Assembly (NCBI RefSeq): GCF_016432865.1
Contig: NC_067400.1
Span: forward strand, 255,254,001-255,318,000
Origin: Antechinus flavipes
Taxonomy: Eukaryota
Length of the DNA stretch: 64,000 bases
Direction of reading: 5' to 3'
The first letter of the stretch is position 1; each line of letters starts with the position of its first letter. This document shows, one piece after another, positions 37,716 through 50,240 of this stretch. The notes beneath the pieces were generated by a model that did no database searches, had not been told where the DNA came from, and was given only the letters and a program-made list of their open reading frames with translations. The translations under genes were made by a program, and so were the position numbers.

Positions 37716-38968
37716 ACCTCTAAAAAAGCCTTGGTGGCCACTCTACCCCAAAATGGGGTTTAAACCACGTTTTTAGAACTTTGAGAATTATTCGTTTAGA
37801 TTATGAAACCTTTTAAATCTTTTTTTAAAAAATGATTTAATGCAAGTTTTGATTTTTTTATATTCTAATATAAGAAAAGATTTCTTTCCCCAATGAGTTT
37901 AATAATCTGTTTGCAACTGACTTCCTACAGCAGCAGATTTCATCCCTTTCATTTAGGCTAATTTCAACCTTACCTCCCCTCATCAGTTTTGTCAAGTCAG
38001 TAATCATTTAAGTATATCACTATATGCCTGGCACTTGTTAAACACTGGGAATAGAAAGAAAAGCATTACTTGCCCTCCAGAAGTTTACATTCTAATAGGG
38101 AGAAGACCACTTTAAAAAACTGGAAAAGAATGGGTGGAGGGCCGGGGAGGACAAGATGATACCTGGCTTTAGACAAAATTGGAGACTGGCGGAAAAGCAT
38201 CCTAGAGGGCAATGAAAGGTGGTCTGGACCGCCTCTTTACAAGACAGGTTTTCTGTATCGGGTTGCTTGCCCTTGAGAAGGGGGAGGAAAGAGGAAGGAG
38301 AAAAATTTGAGCACAAGTTGTTACAAAGATGAATGTTGAAAACTATCTTTTCATGGACTTGGGGAAAAAAACTATTAAAAAAAATTTTTTTTTGGTTGGG
38401 ACAACCAAAGAAGCTGCTTCTAAAATATGAAATTCAGGACCAGCGGGAGCGTCTAAAGCAGAGAGGTTTCTGGGGTATAGATTGCAAAGTCCGAGAGTAG
38501 AGTCAGTGCAGGTAGGAGAACTAAAAATGTACAATACTTACCTGTCAAATTATGGGGTTGGACAAGATTACTCTAAAATCGTATGATGTGTACAATTTTT
38601 ATAAAACTTTGCCATCTCAATGACAGGGAGAGAACTGGGAACGCGAAACTTGAAAAAATGATAAAATTGATAAAAATGATAATTTTATTGTTTTTACAAG
38701 TAATTGGGGTAGATTATGTTAGAAGGTGCAAGTAAAATGAAATTTTAAAAAAATATGATTTTCCGTGGAGAGTCAGAACTCTTAAATGCTTAAGACCTAT
38801 CTCCTAATTTCAAGAACTCTAGCAGAGGGAAAGATAAGGGGAGAAGGTTGGAAGACCCGGCGGAGCCTCCTGTAGCGGATCTCTTCTCACTCCCCTCCTC
38901 CCCCCTCAGTGGGGTGGGCTCTTCCGATTCTGTAGACTGCGCAATGCGGAAGAGATGGCCCCTTCGGA

Positions 38969-38987
38969 GCGGAAGTGACGCTTCCGC
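38969..38987. promoter_or_regulatory. ETS(GABPA)-CRE half-ETS inverted motif GCGGAAG-TGACG-CTTCCGC
   Basis: Perfect 7-bp inverted repeat around TGACG; a YY1-like gagatggcc lies at 38952-38960. Confidence 0.75.
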
Positions 38988-38988
38988 C

Positions 38989-39027
38989 GGTGGCGGCGGC
39001 GGCGGCGGCGGCGGTGGCGGCGGCGGT
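38989..39027 (+). repeat. (GGC/GGT)13 trinucleotide repeat
   Basis: ggt ggc x7 ggt ggc x3 ggt. Confidence 0.95.
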
Positions 39028-39953
39028 AGCTGCGCCAGTGCCAGGGACACGGACAGCTCGGGCTACTGGGCTGCAGCCGGCGGACGGAACTAGGGCTAGC
39101 CCACAGCAGGCAGGTTAGCTCGGGTGCAACCAATTTCCAGCCGCTTGAAGAGAAGCCTGACAGCGCCAGAGGTGGCTCAGATAGAGACCTGGGAAGGTGA
39201 GGACGGGGCGGCGGCGTCTTGTCCGCGGGCTGCGGGGAGGAAGGGAACTGGCTGCGAGTGACAGCGAGGGGAGAAAAGGAGGTCGTGACAGTCGCTGTCA
39301 GGGACTGCCGAGAGAGTAGCAAGTGAGCGCCCTTCCGGGGTCTTCCCATCGCTCAAAATGGAGGAGTCCTCCTGCCCTCTCGGGAGCCAGCATCCCCTCC
39401 TGTGACAGGCCCCGAGGGTGCAAGGGTCCGAGGGACGCGGCGGCTTCTTTTCCATATTTTCCCTGATTTGTGTGTGTGAGCAGGGGTGGGGGTGGGGGAT
39501 GGGGCAGGAGCCTGGACAGCCTCCTCCGACGGATCCTTGCAGCTCCTTCCCCTGGAATCTCAAGGGTTTAGGGTCCCCGAAAGGTAGCTGGTGACCTCTG
39601 CTCTCCCGATTAAGCTTCAGCTCTCGGGAGCTTTCTTTGGATAATCTAATCTGTCCTCTCTCAGTAGATTGGGCATTTTCCATTTTATCCTTCGGCGTCT
39701 ACTCTTTCTTCCTCTTCCTCCCCTGGCTTTCTGGGGCCAGTTGAAGTTTCCTTTAAAATATAAATGTGTGCACACATATTCAAAATGTGCAAAGCAAGAA
39801 GCTGATAAATTATTTCCTCGTAAATAAGCTCCGTAATTTTTCTTTTCTGTAATCCTGATTATCTATCAAAACAGTTCTGGAGCTTCTAAGTGAGCAAATT
39901 AAGCCCTGCCTTGTCATGGGAACTGAGAACCTCTTCTCCCTCACCCACCCCGA

Positions 39954-39982
39954 TTTTTTTTTTTTTTTTTTTTTTTTTTTTG
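39954..39982 (+). repeat. Poly-T tract in SYNJ1 intron 1
   Basis: About 28 consecutive T. Confidence 0.9.
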
Positions 39983-40187
39983 GTAAAAATGAAGTGGTGG
40001 TTTGTTTTTTCGTTTTGGTGTCTTTCTTCTCCCTCCCTTTTCCTTTCCCATCTCTCCAGACGGACACACTGACAGACCTACGCAAAACCTGGCAGGAATT
40101 TCTTGGTGCTTTGCAGTCAGTACTGCAGAGGGGAGCATCAGCTTCATTTGCTGCTCTTGGCTTTCCTAGGCTGCCTTTGAAGAAAGA

Positions 40188-40311
40188 ATGGCGTTTAGCA
40201 AAGGATTTCGAATCTTTCAGAAACTGGATCCTACACCATTCAGTCTCATAGTGGAAACAAGGCACAAGGAAGAATGTCTTATGTTTGAGTCTGGTGCTGT
40301 AGCAGTGCTCT
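40188..40311 (+). CDS. SYNJ1: Synaptojanin-1 first coding exon (start of the Sac1 region); exon starts at 40170 or 40060
   Basis: Encodes [41 protein letters not shown], which matches the SYNJ1 N-terminus; donor TCT|gtaagt; PAXBP1-SYNJ1 tandem synteny as in human. Confidence 0.96.
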
Positions 40312-40325
40312 GTAAGTCTCTTCAT

Positions 40326-40391
40326 ATCTATCTATCTATCTATCTATATACACACATATATATATATACATACATACATACACACACATAT
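40326..40391. repeat. (CTAT)n(AT)n(AC)n compound microsatellite just after the SYNJ1 donor
   Basis: Visible runs. Confidence 0.9.
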
Positions 40392-43300
40392 TGTTAAACG
40401 TTATGACAGCTAAATTGATTTAGAACAATGTAAATTCAACCATTTTGTTTATAGTCCATTAACAAAAGTCATGAATTGTCTTGGATGTAATAAGGTATTT
40501 TCATTTTTTCATCCTAACACTTTTCTAATGAATTTCCATTTTCTTTTCTTCCATGCTGAAATGTTTTGAAGTTTGATTTTTGTTGTACCTTCTCAATAAA
40601 GTTAAAAATTCGAATTATATCAGACCCTTTGAGTTGAGATTGTTAGTTTAATGAATTGCATTTTTTTTTCTCTGCTGTTGATGTTGAAATCTACTAGAAA
40701 AGTCTTTATACAATTTGAAAATATCAGTCAATCCACAAGCAGAGAGGCTTACTAGAATTCCTTCTTTACATTTTAGGTCGTATAAACATTTCTGAAATTT
40801 AATGAGATGTATGTGGTTGCAAGTTAATAGGAAAGAACTTAATAGACCACAAGGATAGTGTCATTTACTACAGTTATTTGGAGAGAGGTGGAAAATTTAA
40901 ATGTTTTATTTGAGTATCTGTCCACTATTTCTAATTTTAGAGGATAGCCAGTAAATTTGGCATATTGTCAGTCAGTCAAATGTTAAGAAGTTCTTTCTGG
41001 TAATAGTTACTGCCCATTCGGTGAGGTTTTCCATTCTAAAGTCAGCTTAGCAGTTTACCTATCATTTAATTTTTTTCAAAAAACCTTTTCTAATTATTGG
41101 CAGTTGTTTTTCAGTACCATTGAAACATTGAACCAATTGATGACATATCCTAAAATTGTTTAGATTTTGTTGATGATACTATTGATATTTAATGGACTTA
41201 GGTTATTAGTTTATACTGTTTGGAGAGAAAGGCAGGAATATATTTGAAATATAGTTTTGTTTTAATATACTGGAGGAGGATCTCTGATTTTAGGCTGAAG
41301 TGCTTTAATAATAATTCCTAATATTTTCACTGGTTTTCATTTATACGAATTTTGATGAATTGGAATCGAGAATAGAGGAAGATAAAGGTTTTATTATGTA
41401 TCAAAAAGCTCAAAATGTTTTTTGCAAAAATCTTCTATCGTCCTTGCAAATATTTTAAATTATGACTTGGCCTAGTAATCTTATTTGAGTTTCAAATGTT
41501 CCTGTAACTTAAGGCTCAATTATGTCAGAAACCCATCAAAGAATCAATGCTACTACTTTCAGCCATTATTGAATGAGATTAAAATCTGCTTTTCTTTGGA
41601 TTCCCAGCACTTAGCACAGTGCTTGGCACATAATATAGGCTTAATAAGTGCTATTTGACTTGAATTAATTTGACTGGAAGGGACCTCAGAGGTTATCTAG
41701 TCTTATAGATGAAGAAACTTAAGCCTGGAATGGTTCAATGACTTGACCTAGAGTGCCAGTAGTAGTAAGTAACAGACTTGAGATTTGAACCCAGATCCTC
41801 TGACTATAAATCCAGCAGTCTTTCCACTGCACCTCTTCTTATTTTATCTTGTAATTGTAAAATTGATTTTTTGAAATCAAATGTAGGACTTCATATTTAT
41901 TCCTATGAAATTTCATGTCAGAATTAACTGATAAGTTGCAGTTGTTGGTTTCTTTGGATCCCAGTTCTGATAATACTGTATGTTAGCCATCTTTCCTTTA
42001 GAGTATTGTAATCTGCAGATTTAATAAGTATATCATCTATTCATTCTGCTCTCACATAGACAATACAGTTATGGATGGAAATTATCCATTCAACAAATAG
42101 AAAGAATTGAAAAAATATATTTTATTCCTCATGATCCATCCTTTTTTTTTTTAAAGAGTGATGAGATAGTAAGTACCATATGCCAGTGAAGAAGACAACT
42201 ATTATTGTTGGAAGGAACTTTAGTACAATCTGCTTATTTTGAAAATGAAATCTCCTACTAGGAAAGACCAGATATTTAATCCATATCTGCTTCCCTGTTT
42301 TAAATCATGTTGGAACTTGGGCTATAAATTGAATGTGTATTTGCAAATCTTATTATTTTTTTTAATCTTGAAGGAGTCATGATAGATTTTTCATCCCAAG
42401 ACAGAAAACTTAGAAATAATCACGATTTTGAATATATATATATATGCTAGTTATATAAAAACATTATATGGTAGTGTAAAGGGATTTCATTATTAATGCT
42501 CAAGGGGAAAAAAAAATCACCTGAACAAAAGACAATCTATTTTTTGAAAAATTTTTAATATTTGAACTTAAATTTTTGCAGAAACAATAGGCTTAGTTAC
42601 TGTTCCTGTTCATTTTCTATAGATTCAAATCACTTGTACATGTTTTTAAAGAAAAAAAAATGAGTAGATACATTCTTTCTGTAAAGATTAAAACCATTTT
42701 TTATGTAGCTCATTAATTCTTTAAGATAATTTTCAATTACTAATGAAAAGTTTGAGGTAATGCTATAGAAATGTTCCACTAAAAGTTTGCTTTAAAAGTT
42801 TATTTGGAATTTAGTCTCAAGATAAATACCAAAAAATATATTGCAGCTAAATATGCTTTTCTACCAATAAGGTGAAAATGACCCTTCATTTTTAAAAGCT
42901 ATACCAGTGAAGCTCTGGAAAGTTTCAAATATAGACCTGATAATATTTTTGAAAGTAGAGGTCTAAATATGGAAAACCTCATTATCAGGTGACCCCAATG
43001 AATTGAATTTTTCAGTAATTTTTGAAGAACATTTGCTAAGGCATAGATCAATTACTTGAACTTGAATGAGTAACCATACTAATAAATCAGATTTCCTTGA
43101 GACACATTTTGAATGGTTTTTCTCTTTCTTACTAATAATAGCAAATATTTCTTGACTGGTAGTTGTAAAATGTGTGCTTGGAAAATAGTCCTAATGGTTT
43201 CCTTGCCTTAAGTCTATTTCCTTATCTTTACTTCATACGACATACTAAGAATCTTCCTGAAAATCCATTTCACTCCCTATAAGTTTGGTGATTCCAGTTT

Positions 43301-43849
43301 GCCACAGGGTAAAGAAACTTCTCCACCAAGAACAGAAGGTTCTCAGTAATTTGTATATCCTTAAGTCAATAAGTATTTATTAAGCACTAAATATGTGTCA
43401 GGCTTTGTGCCAAGCCTAGGGGATATACAGAAAAGCAAAAACAATTCCTGTCTACAAGAAGCTAACAGTCTGTTGGGGAAGTCAGCATTTAAACAGCTAT
43501 ATACTGACAAGCTGTGCAAGATAAGTTGGAAATAATCTTAGACAGACACTAACAATAAGAGGGACCAGAAAAGACTCCTTGTAGAAAGTGGGATTTAAAC
43601 CAGGATTTCAAAGAAAATCAGGCATTTGTATATGAGATGAGAGCCTTCTGGACAGCCATAGGAAAATGTGTGGAGTCTGAATAGCAAAGAAGCCAGCATC
43701 AGTGAGTTATGTATGTGGAGGGGAGTAAAATGTAAGAAGATTTGAAAGGTAAAAAAGATTGTGAAGATTTTTAAAAGCCAAGGAGAGAATTTTATATTTG
43801 ATCCTGAAGATTTGATACTGGAGTGTATTGATTAGCATATTGGGCATCT

Positions 43850-44070
43850 GAGTGGTAGAGTAGCTGTCATGTTGGGCCTGAAGTTAAGAAGATTGATCTT
43901 CTTGCATTCAGAACTGACCTCAGATACTTACTAGCTGTGTAATCCTGAGCAAATCATTTAACCCTGTTTGCCCTAGTTCCTCATCTGGAGAAGATAATTG
44001 GTAAATATTCTTTGCCAAGTATATTCCAGATGAGATCATCAAAAGTCAGACATGGCAGAAAAATAGAAAA
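43850..44070 (+). mobile_element. Mar1-type SINE
   Basis: ctcagatacttactagctgtgtaatcctgagcaaatcatttaaccctgtttgcc...ctggagaagataattgg...tttgccaag...aaaagtcagacatggc. Confidence 0.75.
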
Positions 44071-45108
44071 AAAAATTGAATAGTGATGATATGGTCAAAA
44101 CTTGTATCTAAGATTTGATATGGTCAGACTAAACTCTTTCATAGCTGAATGGAAGATAATAGAGGATATATGATAGGGCAAGGTAGAAAGTCCAGTCAGA
44201 AGGGTTTTTTTTAGTGTTCCATTTATGAGGGGTTGAGGTCCTGAACCAGAGTAGTGACAGTGTCAGAGGAGAAAAGTAGATATACTTGAAAGATACTGTA
44301 TAAGTAGAATCTACCAAACTTGGCCACAGATTAGATCTGGAAGAGAGTGAAGATTTAGAATGACAAAACCAATGGAATCTCCTATTTCCCTAACAAATTG
44401 TTCTAATCTTTGTTCATATTATTCCTTGCTATCTTACCAATGGGTAACTTTCGTTGCCCATTTTTCTAGGCCAAATTCAAGCCCCGTCATTTTCATGACC
44501 ATTTTCTTAAATTATTTGTCTATGCTATCTCTGGATTCTTATATATGTCAAATTTTAATATAATATATGTGTGAACTTTAGTACAAAACCCAAATTATTT
44601 TTAACAGTCTTTCCCAATATAATTTTCTATAGATTTACTTACTTAGAATTTTGTGAAGCTGCTGGGTAAGGTGACTTTTAGGAATCAACAATTAGGAATC
44701 AGTGGCATGCCCACTGATTTGACATTGTTTCCTTAAACTAGTTTCTGTATGTTATAAAACAATCATTTTAAGGTTAAGGGGGGAAAAAGATTTCAAGCAG
44801 TATGAGTACAGGGACTGTGGCAAAAATAACCAATATTAAATGTTTATTTTTGTCATTACTTAAACGTTTATTAATATATTAAATTCTGCATATTTTTACT
44901 CCTTAACAGTTCTTAAGTATGAAATTATTGTGTTAAGGGTAAACTTTCCTTTGGAAATAAATCTGTGTTAAAAAAAAAAAAAAGATTCACACTAATTTTC
45001 ATCTTCTAGATAAAATAGGTTTGAAAGACAAAGCCCATTTACTAAATTCTCTCAAGTAGTTATTTTGTGTTTTAACTACCTTATCATAAAAGTAATTTTT
45101 CTTAAGAA

Positions 45109-45111
<3 letters not shown>

Positions 45112-45142
<31 letters not shown>

Positions 45143-45146
45143 CGCG
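45112..45146. repeat. (GA)n microsatellite
   Basis: Visible run. Confidence 0.9.
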
Positions 45147-46819
45147 CTAAAGAGCTAAACTCAAGTAAAATAATAAACCAACATCTTTTTCATTATACCT
45201 TTCTGGTTTCTTTATCTTATAAAATATTAAATGGCTCTTGTCAATTTAAATACTTTTTTTGGGTTGTATTTAAGAGTTATATGTATTTGAATTCCAGTAG
45301 AATTTTTGAGAGTTATATTTTAAAATTAGAGTATTTTAAGTTGAAACGTTAATTATAGCTTTCAAGATAAACTTATAGTTATTAAAACATTTGTTAAAAT
45401 GAAGTTTAAATTTATAGCTGTTAAGAATTTATGTCTGGATGTCCTTTGATACAAAATATTTCTTTTGTTTTTTTAATCTGAGCATTTATTTGAATGTTAA
45501 CACAATTACCTAATAATATGCTGCACAGTGAGTTGACCTTTCTATTAGAACTTTTCCTTTTACCTTCCTTCTATCTTCTTACATTCACAAAAATATGTCT
45601 CTTAACCAGAAGACATGGCATTATGCAGTATATATTTTCTTTTGTCCCCCAACATTATAGGACAGTAAAAAAGAATGGGCATATTCTTTATTCTTTACTT
45701 GCTCTTTGCTATTATCTTTTAAACTCTGTCTCTTTTGCCATTTGAGCAACTTCTCCTTTGAGGGTCACTTCATCTGTCTGTCTTGCCCTCTCTCCACATC
45801 CTTTAAGTAATCAGATCTTTCTTCTCCTTTCTTAGGGAACTCAGAGCTTCAGTTTATCTTTGCAGCAGCCCTGCCCTCATTTGCAGACCTCCTAGTTCAT
45901 CAACCTTGTCACCTTCCATAATCTGTACTCTTAGACACATACAGGGCGAGATTTTGTGTGTGTGTGTGTACGCGTGCGTGTGCATATAGTCCTACCTTTG
46001 GTCTCATCATCATATGAAACTTGAGACTTGAAATTCTTCTCTTGGACCATGACCTTTTACCCCGTTGTTGCCTCTTCATTAGGAACCTAAGACACTTCAT
46101 CTTTTTCTAGTCTTCCCAGACTCTCTGCTCTGCCTTTACTTTTCTCTCCTTGATCATATAGTTAGCCACTTTAATTTCACATTATCTTTTATCTCCTTGT
46201 CCTTTATCACTTTTATCACCTCTATAAAATATCCTCCTAATTGGTCTTGCCTTCTCTAATTTCTCAATTTCCCAGTCCATGTACCTGTCAGTTCTGACCC
46301 TCTTCTGTTCTAGAGTGCTGTCCTTTCCCAACTGTCTTTTAAAATTTTTAGATGCTTTAAAGCTCAGTTCAAGTTTCTTCTCTCACATAGGACTTCTCCC
46401 TAGCTACTATTGCTACACCCTTTTCCCCTCCTCTACAATTCACCCAAAATTACTTGGTATTTAGTGATCTGTGGATAAATTGTAACACCTCAGTAACTTA
46501 GGGAAGAATTGTTGTGTATTTGTATTGCTGGTCTCTAACAGAGTGTCTTTCATGTGTTAATTGCTTAACAAATACTTCTTCAATTGAATTAAAAAATAAT
46601 GATGTAGTAGAAAGAGAGGTTTGGAAACAAGCCTTAACTCAGCTAATGTCCTGCTGTGTTATCTTAAATGAATTATTTAACATCTCTGGGCTTGAAGGGT
46701 CCTTCTTCTAAAATAGACTTGGATAATCTGGCACTATGTTTTGACTTGATCATTTCTGAATTTGGTAATGAACAACCTTAGATGTATAATTTTAGTGGAA
46801 AAAACTTCATAGAGTTACT

Positions 46820-47215
46820 AGAACTAGGGTCAAAAAGATTTGAATTCAAATCTGGCTTCAGACACTTCCTAGTTGTATAACTTAATCCATGTCTGTCAAA
46901 GTTTACTTAAGTATAAAATGGGGATAATAACAGCACCTACCATGCGGAGTTATTGTGAGGACCAAATTTTGTTTTTGTTCATTTGTTTCAGGCCTGCTCA
47001 ACTTTTCATGATCCCATTTGGAATTTTCTCGGCAAAAATATTGGAATGGTTTATCATTCTTCAGCTCATTTTCCAGATGAGAAAATTGAGGCAAACAGGA
47101 TTAAGTGATTTGCCCAGGTCACACAACTAGTAAATGTCTGAGGCCAGATTTGAATTCAGGAAGATGTATCGTCTTGTCTCCCAGCTTGTTATCCTATCTA
47201 CTCTACCACCTTGGT
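46820..47215. mobile_element. MIR (+) followed by Mar1-type SINE (-)
   Basis: gaattcaaatctggcttcagacacttcctag...aaaatggggataataacagcacc, then ttctcggcaaaaatattggaatgg...gtgatttgcccaggtcacacaactag. Confidence 0.75.
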
Positions 47216-49464
47216 ATACTGCTTACCTGGCACTAATAGGCACTTAATAAATACTTGTTCCCTTTATTTCCCATTTTTTCTTATTGTGAATTTTAAGTAT
47301 CTGTTTGCCTATTCTGGAGGCATAATTATGAACTACTAAGAGAATGACAACTGTAAATTTTCAAGGATAGGTGGGAGAATATTATAAATAGCAAGGTTGA
47401 TAGTAATGTTTATTTTTTTTAAAAAAGATCTTTGTTCATATGAAAAAGCACATTTAAAAATTTGCTACTTAGTAAATTGTTGATTTGGAAATGCTATGAT
47501 AAGTGTATGCATTTCATATAAGTACTGGCATTATCTAAGTTTTTAATTGAAAATCCTATTTGAAAATACCTATTATTAAGTTTTCTTTGAATTTCTCTTT
47601 AACTTAAATTCCTTCTGAGGAATGCTTATGAATCTGATTTTTTGTGTTTCCTTTTTTAACTTAAAGGATCTGTTGAATCATCAGTGTAGTGAGTATTCTT
47701 CTACTAAGATTGAAATACCTCTGCATTTGGTAGATGGTTTTTGAGAACTGCAATGAGGAATAAATACATTGTATTCAACCTAGTAATAAACTTCCCTGAA
47801 CTCAACTAGGCTAATCCCTGAGGAGCAGACATAAAATTCATTTATAGGGACCATACGTCATACCTTTTCAGCTTGGTAGAACCTTCAAGAGCAGACTCCC
47901 ACTGGGGCTGACCATCTGTTAGCCCTTAAATGATTAGTGCCTCCTTCCTTTGCTGTTAATACATTTTCTAGATACCTTTTTGATCAGTTGGGTACATTTC
48001 ATACATAGTATATTCAATGAAATATGTATTATAATTTCTTTTTTTTCCTCCAGATTGACGATCTCTTTGGTATAGCAAATTCTTGATGAGATCGTTCCTT
48101 CTACCAAAGCAAATTTATTATGCAGTCTTCGGTTTGCCTGATATTCATGATAGCACAGCCAAAGTTGAAACTTGAACCAAGGTCTTCCTAATCCTGTCAT
48201 TCTATACATAATGCTATTTTTTACTGAGGAAAAATCTGTAACACTGATTTTCTGCTGTTTTATATCTCTTTTTGTGGTCTTTGAAAAAGAATTTGTAAAC
48301 CTAGGTTTGTATGATTAAATAGGAAGTGAATTTATTTTTTTATCCATCTTATGTTGACCACTTAAGAAATATTATTCTAGTAAATTGCTCAGTTAAGTTG
48401 AAATCTGATGTCCTATGGCAGGATGATTAAAAAAACAGGAACAAGAAACAGGAAGCAAATGGATCAGCATAATCAGAATGTGTTATTGTCAGCAAATTTT
48501 AGTTACAACTACATATTTTTTGAATGCTTAAAACAGCTACCATTAAATTTTTCTGTCTAATTTCCTTGGCCTTCTAAATTTTTACTTAGAAGAAATAGTT
48601 GTGGGGAAAGCAGAAGTAGTCTGATAGATGAATGTATCTCATATCTAAAATAAAGAGAATGATTTTCATTTTTGGCTTTGTGATCAGTTTTATTGCTCAA
48701 CAGTTTATTGCTCAATAGTAAGAAAGGAAAAAAAAAACCCTGAAATATAAAGAAACTGAAATGCCAGTATAGATTTAAAATAACATTTCATAATATGTAT
48801 CAAGATTTTGCTTATCTATTTTGTGAGGGTCTTACTTTTATTTGCCAGTTTGTAAGGTAAATGGCCATACTGCTGGTTTATAGTATGAAAATCAATCTGT
48901 GAGGTAGCCCAAAGTACTGCAGCTATTCTGACTTAAGGGCCCATGATCCTATTGTTGGAAACTCTACCTCTAGGTTGCTGCCATCAAGTATCCAGAGGAG
49001 AAAATCATGAGATGACAGAACTTTCTTCAATGGAGCTCTTCCTATTCACTTTTTGCTCTTTTTCTCAGGTAGTTACCAAACTCTTGAGTCTTCATATTTA
49101 CCCCATCCCTCTGCTGAAAAGAATCCTTCCCCCTCTCCCCCTCTGCTGTCAGTGTTATAAGAACGTATTTCCTTAAACTTTTCTTTGTTGTTCTTTTTAA
49201 GTTACATTTGTAAATGTCCTTAGAATAATCTTACTTTAATCTCATGCTTAAATTGTTCACATACCTAGTTTTCCCCTCTTCTCCTTCTTTAATATTGTGA
49301 GTTGTTCATAATTTTCTATCTTCCTTCATGACCTTACATTTATAACTATTTTATATATTTGATACTCGTTTATTATTGATTGTCATGAGTTTTTGATAGA
49401 AAAATTAGGTATTTCCTCTTAGTAAATTTTTAGATTTTTTTTTGATTTCTTCATTTAATAGTTC

Positions 49465-49617
49465 TTTTTTAAATTTTTTTGCTGAGGCAGTTGGGGTTAA
49501 GTGATTTGCGTAGAGTCACACACAGCTAGGAAGTGTTAAGTGCCTGAGGCCACATTTGAACTCAGGTCCTCCTGACTTCAGAGCTGGTGCTCTATCCACT
49601 GCACCACCTAGCTATCT
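49465..49617 (-). mobile_element. WSINE1-like SINE (left arm of the palindrome)
   Basis: Reverse complement reads ...agctaggtggtgcagtggatagagcaccagctctgaagtcaggaggacctgagttc...aaccccaactgcctcagcaaaaaaa. Confidence 0.9.
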
Positions 49618-49700
49618 CAATAGAGAAACTTTTTAAAAGAATGGGGCAGCTGAGAAATTTTTTAAAAGAACCACTAAATGGGGCAGCTGAGAAATTTTTT

Positions 49701-50208
49701 TTTTGCCAGTATCATTGGATTTATTTTTATTTTTATTTTTTTAAATAACTTTTTATTGACAGAACCCATGCCAGGATAATTTTTTACAACATTATCCCTT
49801 GAACTCACTTCTGTTCTGATTTTTCCCCTCCCTCTCTCCACCCCTTCCCCCAGATGATAAGCAGTCCTATATATGTTAAATAGGTTACAGTATCTCCTAG
49901 ATACAATGTATGTGTGCAGAACCGAACAGTTCTCTTGTTTCACAAGGAGAATTGGATTCAGAAGGTATAAATAACCCGGGAAGAAAAACAAAAATGCAAG
50001 CAATTTATATTCATTTCCCAGTGTTCTTTCTTTGGGTGTAGCTGCTTCTGTCCATCCTTGATCAATTGAAATTGAGTTAGATCTCTGTCGAAGAAATCCA
50101 CTTCCATCAGAATACATCCTCAAACAGTATCGTTGTTGAGGTATATAATACATCTCCTGGTTCTGCTCATTTCACTTAGCATCAGTTCGTATAAGTCTCG
50201 CCAGTCTT
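49701..50208 (-). mobile_element. 5'-truncated marsupial L1 3' end with a 17-bp TSD
   Basis: Poly-T tail on the left and L1-type 3' UTR; flanked by cagctgagaaatttttt at 49684-49700 and 50209-50225. Confidence 0.88.
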
Positions 50209-50240
50209 CAGCTGAGAAATTTTTTAAAAGAACCACTAAA

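Larger units (their letters stand above)
38850..39550 (+). promoter_or_regulatory. SYNJ1: CpG island / SYNJ1 promoter and first exon
   Basis: Abrupt GC- and CpG-rich block in an AT-rich background; ETS motif GCGGAAGTG at 38969; candidate donors cag|gttagc (39113) and aag|gtgagg (39196); lies ~1 kb upstream of the SYNJ1 ATG exon. Confidence 0.9.

Noticed and set aside
38848-38943. Upstream extension of the uORF shown in the ORF track (MEDPAEPP...)
   Set aside because: It starts at TTG, not ATG, and probably lies upstream of the TSS; the first real ATG is 38944.
38790-40325. Long minus-strand ORFs (38790-39050, 38906-39349, 39177-39683, 39810-40325) over the CpG island
   Set aside because: Low-complexity poly-Pro/Arg/Lys products of the GC-rich island, the GGC repeat and the poly-T tract; no recognisable homology.
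49674-50153. 159-aa minus-strand ORF
   Set aside because: It runs through an L1 3' UTR fragment and its poly-A tail; not a gene.
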